A DNA stretch of 63,212 bases, counting the filler. It is 10 parts of 10 records of this genome, joined end to end, with 100 filler letters (N's around TTAATTAATTAA, not from the genome) between each part and the next. Parts side by side here need not be neighbours in the genome. Positions count along the whole stretch, not along the records: positions 1 to 4,196 come from SRR20825015_15; positions 4,297 to 8,865 come from SRR20825015_18; positions 8,966 to 18,718 come from SRR20825015_21; 7 more parts are not named here. One strand, given 5' to 3'. The position numbers and the translations under genes are program-made. Of this stretch, positions 1 to 11,925 are shown piece by piece. Below the pieces are notes generated by a model. It saw nothing but the letters and a program-made list of their open reading frames with translations, did not search any database and was not told the origin of the DNA. Position 1 is the stretch's first letter. The number at the start of each line of letters is the position of its first letter.

Positions 1-136
1 CAATAACAATAAATAGACGGTTCACATAAAAAAAAAAAAGAAAGAAAGAAAGGGAAAAAAAAAACACACACACACACACACAAGACAATGCACGTCGCTA
101 CAAGAGAGACCACAAACACAAATGGTGTCAACGTAC

Positions 137-3100
137 CGCTCCCACCAAACTCTTCCAAATCAGAACTATCACACACATCCGAGTGTGTGGACAAAGCGGC
201 CGGTACGATCTCCAGGTCGGCTGTCATAGAGACACCTGTCACAGTGAGTACGGCGTCAAGAGACGTATGGATGAGTGGTGACACCGATGACACCATTGGA
301 GCTAAGTGAGAGTTGTGTAAGAAATTGTAGTCATTTTACGTCTCCGAAGAAGCATACCCGACGCAAATTGATAGTTGCCACTGCCATCATTATCGTTATC
401 ATCAGCTGCAGCGTTGGACCAGCAAGGGAAAGTAGCAAACGACGAAGGTTTGGAGCTAATAAATCCAGTTTGGAACCAATCTACAGAAGAGTCAAAGATC
501 ACATCGACGGCCGATTCCGATTCCACGGAAGAACACGAAGATGAAGAAGAGAAGCCAATAGTCAATTCGCCAGTTAAGAATGCTCCAACCACTTCATGGG
601 AAAAGGTATGTCCTTCCACTGTCGTGTTTGTAGACTGCAACAACCTCCGTGTTGCGTCTGTGATCTCTTTGACTTCATGAACAACCGAATCTGAGATACA
701 TTGAGGTCAGCGATAGGTACCAAAGGGGCGCGTAAACACACGGGGCACAATCCCATTACCCCCTGTACAATGGGCTATTGTCCATTTTCTGTTGTCCATT
801 CCTTTCACTTTCACCAACTGCCGCTTAATCTCACATATCTCACATTTCTCACATTTCTCAGATAGACACATCGCACATAGACACATATATTGGCTGCGTA
901 GCACGGACGACACGGTAGACTGAGAACGAATTCGTGGCAATACCTCCCACAACAAAGACGAAGGGCTCGGTTGTATCGTCACTGGAGTCACTTTGAACTT
1001 CTCCGAACAGATACGATCCCGAGACCCAATAACAGACGTAGAAATGGCCAGCGTAATCTACGGTGATAGTCCATGTGGCGTCTGACGGACTTTCGCCAAC
1101 GTCGACTGCGGCTGAGTAGACAAACTCATCTGGCGAAGAGGACGAACAACGATTTCGCGACAAACCGATCATTAAGGACGAGCTCATACGCTCCCCGCTT
1201 ATGGCAACGTCGAAGGAGTAACCAGACGGTAGCTTATCGGGAAGTAGTGTCGACACTTTGGGACCTGTAGAAGGAGGTTCAGCAGTGGTTTGTCGAAGGA
1301 GGTTCAGCAGTGGTTTCGAAACCGTTCGCACACAAGTTTCAGCTCACCTTCAACGATGTAGGTTACCCCAGAGCCAGATATTGCGTGCTCTGTGCCAGCC
1401 AGGAGGGCATGGACCGACATAGTGGTTGCGGGTGTGTCAAAACCCACCGAGAATTCGACCTCAAAACTCGAAGATAGACCGTCAGGGGTAAGCTCGAGGA
1501 ATATCGGACTTGCGCTACTATCCAAATAATAGGCGAGGTCGAAATCCGACGCATTCACACGAGAGTGGGGTGCGGCATCGACATTGATCACGCACGCAAC
1601 AATCGCGTCCGTTGCAATGACGGGATATGGCGAATCTTCAATGCCCAAGTCCTCCACTGTGCAGAACAGTGTACTGGAGGTCGAAGGCGTACCTGCAACA
1701 GGTGGTGAGAAACAATGGCACCGTCAGTCACCTGGTTGATGTTTGACACTCAGGTCGTAACCTACCCACAATATCAACCGCTTGGGGCGAACCGGTGATG
1801 GACTCTCCGTCAATGGACACCGAAACAAAAGCAATGTCCGAGTCTATTCCACTGCTATCAAATATGCCACTCAAGTAATATTCCATGTCTTTGCCAGGAA
1901 CCCACCCGCTGCCACTACCACCGTTCGTGTAATCGATTTCGAATTGCCATTCTTCAGCATAGCAACTCTTTCCAGTTTGGCTTCTCCCAAAGATTGTGCA
2001 CACTATTGTCTCACCCGTGCGAACTTGGTCTTCACAATCCAGAGTAGACTCCGTCGAAATGGGAACTAAAGTGGGAAAGACATTAACCGCTGAGGTGACT
2101 ATTGCCTCATGACATCAAACACAACTTCTCACCATATTCAAGGAACAACTTTTTTGTTGACGAGTACATCCAGAGGTCCACAAGATCACCTACTGTAGCT
2201 TCGTCATCGTTCCGCATTTGAATTACTGACGATGACGCGCCTGCCCCAGTGTAGTATGGTGTCTCTATTGTCAACTCGTACAGACTGGGTGAGGAAGTCG
2301 AAATTGAGCAATCCCAGAAAGACGTAAGTGGAGCCAGATCACTACATCTAAATGTCCCTTCCGACAAATCTTCCGAGAACTGGGCGGTGACGATCATCGT
2401 CGGCGTCGAGAATACATTTGCTTCGGCGTCAAAGTATTCAAGTGAGGGAGGAGTATAATCTATGAGAAAACGCACAAACGTGAGACAAACCGGGCAATGT
2501 GAAACAGATCTCTGAATGGCCATACCAAACTCTAGATGTTCAACAAATGTTGTCAGTTCTCTCGGGTCGTCTTCTTCAGTCATGTACAGGACTCGAATCA
2601 TCTCTATCTCCCCTTCTTTCACAGCATCATGATCTCCACAATCGAGTGAACTCGCAGATGTCAAGTCTCGAGTATCCGGAAACGCTATGGTTGTCGTTCC
2701 AACCGACGTTGAAGCTTGGGTAGTGCATTGCACAACAGCACCGGATACCTCTGGGTGAAACTCCACCGTGAGCGGTCCTCCGCCTATGCCAATCTCCACT
2801 TTCAAGTCGAACTGACTTCCTAACCGCTCTCCCAAGCTAGGGGCGCTTATTATTGCATCTATAAAGAAACGACTTCGTGAGACACACTGACGATGCACAC
2901 GACGTAATTGACATCCAGAAGCACCGATAGCAGTGTCCTAGCATACCTGGGATTGTGACGGATGCTTGAGCAAGCCGAAAATTCCCCGGGACATCTTCGT
3001 AACAAAGCGAGATATAATACAGAGTTCCAGGTGTCATGTCGCCAACAGTTGAGGCCATCGGAGCTATTGACGACGACTTGCTGACATGGTCACACTCATG

Positions 3101-4091
3101 ACCAGACGGATTCTTGACTTGATCGCATGTCTGGGGCACTTGGTTGGCATCAACACCGCATGGCGTTGGTAGAGTCGAGACGAAGTAGTAGATATCGCCG
3201 TCTTCATCAATCTCAACGGAAATGTCGAATGAATTCACAAGTACGTTCGTGATTGCAGAAGTGCCTCTAGGTCGCCGGGAGTCTGTACAAATGTAAAGTC
3301 AAATCATATCTCGAAAATGAGAAACCAACCCTTACCGTGGTCAAATGTTATGGTATTGGATGCTTTGTTGGGGTCACCAACAGAGTCAAATACCGACTCC
3401 GCGGGTAAGACCACCGACAAAGCAGTCACGTCTGTGGTGGGTCGCACTATACATGTCCACTCCCGTGCAGGCGTGATCACGGTGCAGGGGGCCACCAAAT
3501 ATCCATTCTCTATAGCTAGAGTACCACCATCAAAACCAGTGGTGTCTTCGCTTGTCGAAATCGTCGTAACATAGTCCATGATGTTGGTCACTGTTGGGGC
3601 CTCCGAGTGCGTCGTCGAGATGGTCGCAATTGGAGAAGTATCTACGGTACAAGATGGGATGTCATATGAGCGCGCAATAACAATTGTGAGTATGTAATGC
3701 TCTGAACGGCACAAACCACTCCACGCCACCCCCTAGGACATTGGCGGCGTCATTGGATCAACCGCCCACGCACAAAAAGAAAGAAAGAACTTACCGATGA
3801 AGAAAGTGGAATTCACACTTGTAGCAATTGGATTATCCGACGTATCAACTGTCGATCCTGGCCACAGCGTCAACTCAACCAACACTTCGGGATGAGAGTC
3901 TGGGGTCACGCTGCACGTGACATGTGTCGATGAGACAACCAAACAATCCAGATCCCCATCTGAGAGTGTGATGTCATTGCTGTTAAAAGCAACGTCTTCG
4001 TCGAATACAATATTGACGAGTGGAGGAGTCACTTCAGTAAAGACTTCAACATTCGGAGATACTTCAATGGTCACATTTGGCGGAACAGAGT
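137..4091 (-). CDS. Large multi-exon extracellular protein with tandem Ig-like/beta-sandwich modules (partial at both ends)
   Basis: Exons 4091-3795, 3641-3336, 3282-2947, 2858-2526, 2459-2133, 2065-1766, 1692-1348, 1264-944, 690-358 and 301-137 splice in frame through GT-AG phase-1 introns. Modules such as FDEDVAFNSNDITLSDG..VTP and TGFDGGTLAIENG..DSVGDPNKASN resemble bacterial-type Ig-like repeats. An RRLLQ motif lies near 650. A mini-exon between 943 and 691 is possible. Confidence 0.75.
1270..1316. repeat. 22-bp direct repeat x2 (GAAGGAGGTTCAGCAGTGGTTT) inside an intron
   Basis: Copies at 1270-1291 and 1295-1316. Confidence 0.9.
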
Positions 4092-4196
4092 CTATCAAAC
4101 ATGGTGTTAACCCGAGTACTACCGAGCATCATGTGATACACCTCCAAACACAAAATACAGATACAATACCCATCCATACACAACAACCGACAACAT

Positions 4197-4296
4197 NNNN
4201 NNNNNNNNNNNNNNNNNNNNNNNNNNNNNNNNNNNNNNNNTTAATTAATTAANNNNNNNNNNNNNNNNNNNNNNNNNNNNNNNNNNNNNNNNNNNN
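4197..4296. other. Artificial contig linker 1
   Basis: N44-TTAATTAATTAA-N44, with stops in all six frames. Confidence 0.99.
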
Positions 4297-4327
4297 AAAA
4301 AAAAAACACACACACACACACACACAG

Positions 4328-6805
4328 GAATAATTATGGTGTGGCCACAATTGAAGCTTATGCGCGCTTCAATGAATTCCGTTACTATCTGCAGACTCTG
4401 CCAAAACTTGAGTACATCTTGTAAGTCTAAACAGCTTGTAGTGTACATGTAAATTGCCTTCTCTTCTCTACAATTGATCTCGCTCACCTCCATCTCCGAA
4501 ACGCTTCAGTGGCGACCAGGCGACGTTGATGTTGAAGTGGAGGAGGAACTACATGCGTCTGCAACAAGTCATAGGATTTGTACACGAAGAGCAAATTCTA
4601 AAGGGTGCGCTCACGCTTAAGGGGAGAGGCCACACTGGGACAATACCCATTTGGATGTTTACTTTCCGTGGGGTAAAGTTCGTAGACTTGAGCTTCAACT
4701 CGTACAAATCGTTTCCTTCCGAAGTCTTGACAGAATCGGACCTCGAGACGTTAGACGTTACTCAAAACAAACTGACCTCAATTCCTGGATGGGTATTTCT
4801 TCTGCCCTCGCTGAAGATACTGAAAGCCCACGGCAACCGCCTGACGACACTTCCTCCAGTTGATGGGAGTGCAACCAATCTCACGGAGCTGCATTTGTCT
4901 TCGAACCATCTCAGGTCGCTCCCGCAAGAGATCATGACCTTCAAGCGGTTGACGTTCTTGGACATCTCCTCCAACACCATTGGCTCTCTGCCTCCTCTTT
5001 GCCAGGTCGAAACCCTTTTCGTGGCCATGAATCGGCTACATACGATCGATCTCTCTTGCAACAAGGGGCTACAATTCCTAAATGCCGAGAGAAATCCGAT
5101 AGTTCACGCCAAAACACCAAAACCGGCTCCCAATTTGCGGTATTTGGATTTGTCGTGGACATCTGTGAACACGTTGGATGATTGCGATACAATGCACCTC
5201 GTGAAGTTCCTCGCAGCTCACGCCGGTTTGGAGGTAAGAATCCTCTGAGTTGTGCTCGCACTTGTCTTTGTCTTCGTGTCTGTTTGCGCCTGTCCTGGCG
5301 GGTCCTTTGGTTTGTTGATACTGAAGCACGCCTTGTTGCAGTCACTTCCATTGTTCAACTCTTCGATTATTCGTCAGATTGAGGTTTCTTCCAATGGCAT
5401 TTCGTCGGTGACGACGTTGCACAATTCCTCCAAGTTGGAACATCTCGACTTGGAGAAGAATTCGATCGAACACATCTCAGAAGGCACCTTTGACAAATCT
5501 GTCCGTCTCCAACTGCTTGTGCTCGAGGGCAACAATCTCCGCACACTCCCCACGTTAGAGCATTGCAGGAAGTTGTACAGACTCAGAGTGTCCAACAACC
5601 GTCTGACGGAACTCCCTCGTCTGCCACCGAGCATCGACTCCGTGTATGCGTACAACAACGAGTTGAACCACTTGGAAGGCATTGGAGACCTTCCTCGCCT
5701 GATCAACCTGGACGTTGCTGGTAATCGAATCGAGAATATCACTATTCCTCCACTCGCTCTCCGAGTGCTAGCTGAATTCAATCGTTTGAAAAGCGTGGAT
5801 CTCTCTCGTACAGAGATGTACAGAACCGCATCCTTGGAGTTGGGACTGGCAAACAACCAACTAGCCACAATGCCCTGGAAGCCCCTCCACCACAGACAGT
5901 ACGTTTTCCGTGCGGATGATAACCCTTTCGAGCCCGACCTCATCCGACAATCGCCGTGGCTGAAAGTGGATACATCCGCCCTCAAAACTCCAATGGTTCA
6001 GAGCATCGACAGTATGAGAGCTCTGGCGGGCGAACCATTCCTTCTAGTACCCTCGACGGTGGAGTTGGATGCAACCGTCCGCGGTTTCGCCGTTACAGCA
6101 GGCGGAGGAGGTGAAGGTGGTGGTGAAGGCGTTGGCTGGAGGGTCATTGATGTGCTTTTTCGCGGGTTTCCGAGCTCCACAATACCGTCGTCGTCGTCAT
6201 CTTCGGATGCGCACTCGGACCGTCCAGATGCGACAACGCTGCCTGCCCCCTCAGAACCCCTCGCTCTCTCCTATTGTCGCAGTGGCTGGCACTACTCGGC
6301 GAACATTTCTTTCCGCAGAGGAAGGTTCGCTCTCATCTCTTGCCGCACCTACAATCTCCCAGCCACCACCGCGCTCTATGTCGTCCACCAGAAGCCATGC
6401 GTCCTATCGAGGGCAAAAAGTGAAGTTGACGAATCGATTGCAAGTGCTCCGATCCAGCCTTTAAATGGCCTGAAGTGCGTGGTTGAGGATTGGCAGCGAC
6501 GATATCACTCCTCTGATGGGTCCCGCCTCGTCCACGGAAAGTGTTTCTACGACCTGCCAAGCACCACCGGTAGCGCTGGTAGTGCTGGCGAGCGAGTGGT
6601 GGTTGGTGAAGGTCTCTTTTTTGTGACTTATCCCCTCCGGCCTTATCGACTTGTCGTAGAACCCCCTCAAGCTCGCGGGTACTTGGTCGGCTATGACTTT
6701 ATCCATTATGAGTTGCATCGAACCCAATGCAGCTGCGTTGAGGGCTCCGTGTCAGTTCGGTGGAATAACCCATTCACCCTCGCGTCACTGCCGTTTTGCC
6801 TCTAG
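4328..6805 (+). CDS. Leucine-rich repeat protein with uncharacterised C-terminal region (5' partial)
   Basis: LxxLxLxxNxL repeats in ORFs 4526-5248 and 5252-6805 are joined by a GT-AG intron at about 5234-5341. An upstream exon from 4328 splices in frame. Confidence 0.85.
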
Positions 6806-6978
6806 GTGTGTTTCGATGGGTGTCTCATACGGGTGTGCGGCGATGCAGAGAGCGCCGCCTGTAGCTACAATGACAAATCAATACAAGAATGATTATTTAT
6901 TCAGTCCCACAGAAAAAGTGGAAGCTTGTCGGAAGGAACGCCGCGTTTGGTCTTCCATGCGCCACGCACCGCCACATC

Positions 6979-8254
6979 CTAGGTGTTCGCCTGCTCGCAC
7001 TTTTCGTTGAACAGCACCTCGGTCCTCTTCCAGCTATCGAAACATTCCCCCTCTCGCCCATCGAGACTCATCAAGTACTCCTTCATATCCGACGCGAACA
7101 TGGAGGAGCTGTCTCTTGGAAGCAGTGTCGGCAGATGGTCGATGGCAATGACATCCACAATGTTTGAACCCAGACTGATGCGTCTGGTTGGACGGTCAAA
7201 GTCTGTGCATTCGTCGTTGAAAGGAAGAGGATTGTTGGGGTTGGACGTGTCGCATGAAACATCCACTACAACGCTCAGCTTTGGCTGGCTCGCCTGCTGG
7301 ATCAACTCGCCAGTGAGGAATGGTGGCATTGGTCCGGTCATGTAGATGCAATTGACAATGATGTCGAAGTCCAACAGTTCAGGGAAGGGACCTCCTGCAA
7401 TCAAAAGCAAAGCAAGCAAGGCACATCAGTCAGGAGGATGGCTTTCAAAGCGAGCAGGACTCTATCCGATACCTTTCTTTGTCTCCTCAATGTCCCACTT
7501 TACGATGTCATCACACCCAACAGCCGACAGCATGTCTGAGGCCCCGCGTCCGCAACGTCCCAATGCACCAATGATGACTACGCGAGGCCCTCCATGGCCG
7601 GCGATCCTCTTCTTCACATCCGCGTGCAGGTCGTCCTTGGATGAGTACGGCAGGATCGCCTCCGTAAGAGGAGACGATGCACCACTCGCTCCCTTCCTGT
7701 GTGCCCAGGCCATCAGGGACACTGCCGCTCCAGCATACCCGGCCATGTATGAAAAGGCTGCGGCTCTAGTTTTCCCATCCGGTCCCGTAACGAACTCCAA
7801 GTCCAGCAATCTGCCGTGTCCACTGACGAAGCGTTTGAGGAGTTCCTTCCAGCCACCCTGGTTCTTGAAGCAATGGGCGAACATCACGTGTGTGTGAGTG
7901 ATGGGCTGGCCGTCTTCAGGTAATTCTTTGAGCCCCAATATAACGCAGCCCTCCTTCGGGGCTTCTGTTGGCCATGAGCCTGAGTCAGTCAGTGTACAAC
8001 CGGCTTGGATATAGTCAGCATCAGGAAAACACCTCTCAGTAGATTTCTCGACAGAAACTGTGTACCCTGCCTGCACCAGTGATGCCGCGATGTCGGGTGT
8101 GAGAATGCACCTACGCATTAACAGTGTGAGTAAGATTCACGGACGTCCCCCAGCCGAATATAATGAGCTATGACACTGTTCCATATTGCGCTAACCTCTT
8201 CTCAAATGGCTTCACTTCATCTCTTACCCACAAATGTTTGCCGTAGCCTGCCAT
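6979..8254 (-). CDS. LYS1: Saccharopine dehydrogenase (NAD+, L-lysine-forming)
   Basis: Exons 8254-8196, 8110-7473 and 7394-6979. Motifs: HLWVRDEVKPFEKR, LGLKELP, FAHCFKNQ.GW, GALGRCGRGA, DVSCDTSNPNNPLP, IDHLPTLLPRDSS. Confidence 0.93.
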
Positions 8255-8381
8255 CGTTATCGTGTGAAGAACGTGAGGAACGTGACTTAGATAATTCGCA
8301 TTAGTACGATATACATATATATTATATTTGTATAATTTTTCAACAAGAAAATTTGAGCGGCAGAGCAGACCACGCAACAAG

Positions 8382-8789
8382 ATGAACTTATCACTTCTCT
8401 TGTTGCTGCTGGTGCACTCGGCTTGGCTTTGGTTGAGTAGTTCTTCATGTCCCGCAGGTATATGACACTTTCTCAACTCTGTGGTATCCTCAGCGCATCT
8501 CTTCGCCCGCCCACCTGAGCCGCTCCTTCTCACACACGTTTCATGGAACAGGCACATACCTGCAAGAATATTCTCGGAGTTGGGGAAGTTGCAATGAATG
8601 TCAACCGGGAAGATATTCTCCATCAGAAAGGTGCCGTTGACCAGCGGCTTTGTCTCGCTCGGACTGACCGACCATCTCGTTTAGCGATAACGAACACTGC
8701 ATGGAGTGCCCCCCAATGCATGGAGCTTCCTTCTCTGGTAGTTCGTCGTGCGAGATATGTGAAGTGGGGACGTATTCAGTCTCTGGACG
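8382..8789 (+). CDS. Secreted cysteine-rich (TNFR/GCC2-GCC3-like repeat) protein, 5' part
   Basis: Spliced product MNLSLLLLLLVHSAWLWLSSSSCPAGTY..CNECQPGRYS..CMECPP..CEICEVGTYS has a signal peptide and CxxCxxGxY repeats. It is not in the ORF track and runs off the contig. Confidence 0.75.
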
Positions 8790-8865
8790 GTAGGAATCTT
8801 CATGCCGATCTGGTTATATTTGGTTCTCCTTGTCCTTCTCTCTTTCTCTTTCTCTCTTTTTCTCT

Positions 8866-8965
8866 NNNNNNNNNNNNNNNNNNNNNNNNNNNNNNNNNNN
8901 NNNNNNNNNTTAATTAATTAANNNNNNNNNNNNNNNNNNNNNNNNNNNNNNNNNNNNNNNNNNNN
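8866..8965. other. Artificial contig linker 2
   Basis: N44-TTAATTAATTAA-N44. Confidence 0.99.
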
Positions 8966-8966
8966 G

Positions 8967-9098
8967 AAGACTCCCCAGAAGACTCCCCAGAAGACCCCAG
9001 GCAAAGGTACTCCCGGCAACTATCTTTGTTCCTGCAAGAAGACCTTCAAGACCGACAAGGCTCTGGACCAGCACAAGAATAGCACCAAGTGCAAGTAG
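8967..9098 (+). CDS. 3' end of a protein with KTP repeats and a terminal zinc finger (HD2/nucleoplasmin-like tail)
   Basis: Translates as KTPQKTPQKTPGKGTPGNYLCSCKKTFKTDKALDQHKNSTKCK*. Confidence 0.55.
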   Translation, partial: KTPQKTPQKTPGKGTPGNYLCSCKKTFKTDKALDQHKNSTKCK

Positions 9099-9184
9099 GC
9101 GTTTCTAGCTAGCAACACACAGATAAAGACCATGTGCAGTTGGTTATAAGAAAGAAGTTTGATTTTCTCTAATTGTTATCTCAA

Positions 9185-11768
9185 CTACGCCACATATCTG
9201 TAGACCTTGGCATTATCAGGATCTCTCTCCAGATAGTCCCTGTTAATCAAATCTTCGATACGCTTCTTAATCACTTTAGGGTCTGGCTTAAAGTGCTGCA
9301 TCACTTGCTTGGAGACTTCAGCAACGAGGAGGGGATGCTCCAATTGCTTCCTGCTCTTCATCACACGAACAATAGCGGCTTCGATGGCCAATTTTCTGTC
9401 ATCTTCTACTGTCTTCTTTGCCGTCTCCTTCTCTTCAGCGTTCATCCTCGCCACAGCCTGCGGCACCTTGATCTTGCGCTTGTCGGATTTGAAAGTCTCG
9501 TTGAACTTGTACACATCGGTGGACTTCAACTCCTTCGATGGGGGAGATTTCAACAAGAATTTGTACTTTCCAGCGGCCAGTGAGACCAGAGCTCGTTTGA
9601 CATCGTCCTCAGTGAGCCCGCCAAGCGCCTTTTGGATGTCAGCGAGAGTGTGTTCGCTGTGGGTGTTGTACAAGAGAAGGGCGAAGGCCTGGGCGGTCGA
9701 GACCACCATTTCGACGATGCCACGAGTGTAGTGGCCCTTCAACGTGACTTGACCGACGTTGTGAATCCAACGGAGCTTCCTCCCATTCGTAGTTGAATCG
9801 TAATATGCTTGAAACATTTCCAATTGGTGAGAAAATTCCTCGGGAAGAAGAAGATCTTCGGAGCGGTACTCGGGCCAGAAACCAGTAGTCAACACTTGAA
9901 TTTGCATGTCGAACGGGAGCTTTTTGTCTGTTTTGGTGATCCACTCTTGGAAAGCGGCTTGGGTTCGGTTTGAGGTTTCCATGTCGTTGATCATACCCTC
10001 CAACTTCGAGGTGAATTGTGCACCACAGCGGAGCTTCAACTTCTGCAGCAAACTACGTTCTGCGTCATCACTCTGGCTCCTCTGCAACAAAAGACGCTTG
10101 GAGAGTTGTTTTCGGTAGAACTCGGAAAACAAATCTTTTTCGGTGAGGTAACTGAATAGTCGTACGATTTTGTCCAACGTTTGCTAGAGACCAACCAAAC
10201 GTCAGTGACCGCAGAGGCGGTGTTGAATTGACTCACCTCCAAAGCTTCGTCAGTCAACTTCTTGCCTCCGGTTTTCAAGAGATGGTCGCAGTACTGAGAC
10301 AACATCTCAGCAGTGGAAGAGTTGCCGATATTCTTGTTCACAAACACCTCAAAACCCTAGCGCGTAGCGAATGGTCAGCCCCACGTCCATCCCCTACACG
10401 AAGGTTTCTTACCTCCTTCAGCGCCTTTTGAAACACCGCGTTTCCTGCACCAGTACCCGAGAGGCAATTCGTGACGAGATCGAGATATTTGTCATGCATC
10501 TCGATTAACTTTTCGATGTAATCGATGGGATCCACCTTCTCGCTGGCACTCATCTCTTTCACCAACCTCAGTCCATCGCTTTCTATGTGTTCTTTCACCA
10601 TCAACGCAATCGGAGTGAGGCCGGAAGGTAGCCTGGAAAAGAGGCGGTACATGCGATTCAAGTCTTCAATTTTGTTGTCGCGGAGAAGCGCACGACATCC
10701 AGTCTCCTTCTCGAGCAAGTCTTGTTGGCAGTTTTCAAGGAGGGCTTTATCTACTTCACGCATGAGGCGATCTTCAGAAGAAAAGTGGAGATAGTGGGAG
10801 ACTCGGAGACGCTCTTTGTCGATTCTCTCTTCAGCCTTTTATGGACGCCAATCAGTCCCGTGGCATCCCTCAACGACTGAACAAACATACCTTCTTCATG
10901 TAATCCGGGAAAGAGTCTTCCTGAATCCACTTTGCGCTTTCGCGACTGTAATATTCAGCAGTGGCGTCCATGAACTGATCTTCAAAATCGTGGTGGTAAA
11001 CATCGAGGTCTCGGACGCTCAACTCCACGAAGATCTGCAGCAAGTGGGTAAGTCGACACAATCAGACGGAGGGTGACTCGTACTTCGACGACATTCTTGA
11101 GGAGACCTCTGTCAATCTTTTCTCCTTCTCGCTCGTTTCTGATGAGCTCGAGGGATGCAGTTCTAATCTCCATCTTCAACGCATCGAAGATGATCTCCCT
11201 GAATTTCTTCGTGCCTGATACGATGATGGAGTTTAGTTTTGAACTCACAACTGATATTGGTGACATACCAATGTCAACAAGGGAATACAAGTTTGTTCTC
11301 TTGACAAAGAAACGATCCTGAGGTGGAAATGTAAGACTTCGCCAATGAATGGGGAGATCAGACGCCGTACCAGGTAAGAAAAGAACCGTGACAGCCACTT
11401 GATCATGATTTGATGGTTGTCAAACCGCTTAACCATCTCTTGAAGCATGTATTGTCCATGTTGGCGCTGGATGTTTGGGAGCACCGATTTCTCCAAGTAA
11501 CTTGCAACAGATTGCGTGTACCTCTGATACAACTGCTCAGACCAGTTTCGAGGTGGTCTCTGCGTGCACATGTTGTACACCACGCTGCATGACGTGTAAG
11601 ACGCTGGAGGTTGGAAATGAAGAAAATAACTTACGTGTAGAGATTCATGTACTCATCAGCATTGAACTGCACTTGAAAACCTCCATCAATAACATTTTGA
11701 ATTCTCTCGATTCCCTCTGTCTTGAGCTGAGTCCAACCAGGTTCGAGTGCAATCGCTTCTGCCACCAT
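9185..11768 (-). CDS. CUL1: Cullin-1 (plant/Diaphoretickes-like N-terminus), multi-exon
   Basis: MVAEAIALEPGWTQLK..YMNLYT/VYNMCTQRPP, the cullin homology domain KDLFSEFYRKQLSKRLL, and the neddylation motif AAIVRVMKSRK..KKRIEDLINRDYLERD. Confidence 0.93.
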
Positions 11769-11925
11769 GCCTGACTGGTGTTTTTGTGTGGACTCTGTAG
11801 TAGTTGTGCAGTCAAAGTGTCACTTTAGCACCACGTCATTGATAATCACGTGACATATATATGTAACGATTCCGAATAATACTACCTGTCATCAAAAAAA
11901 TTTCAAACCGAGCGCTCGTGTTGAC

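Noticed and set aside
828-860. TCTCACATW tandem repeats
   Set aside because: A short intronic minisatellite with no further structure.
4197-4296. Repeated TTAATTAATTAA palindrome as a biological repeat or transposon target site
   Set aside because: It is identical nine times and always centred in exactly 88 Ns. It is a synthetic six-frame-stop spacer, so no linkage can be inferred across it.
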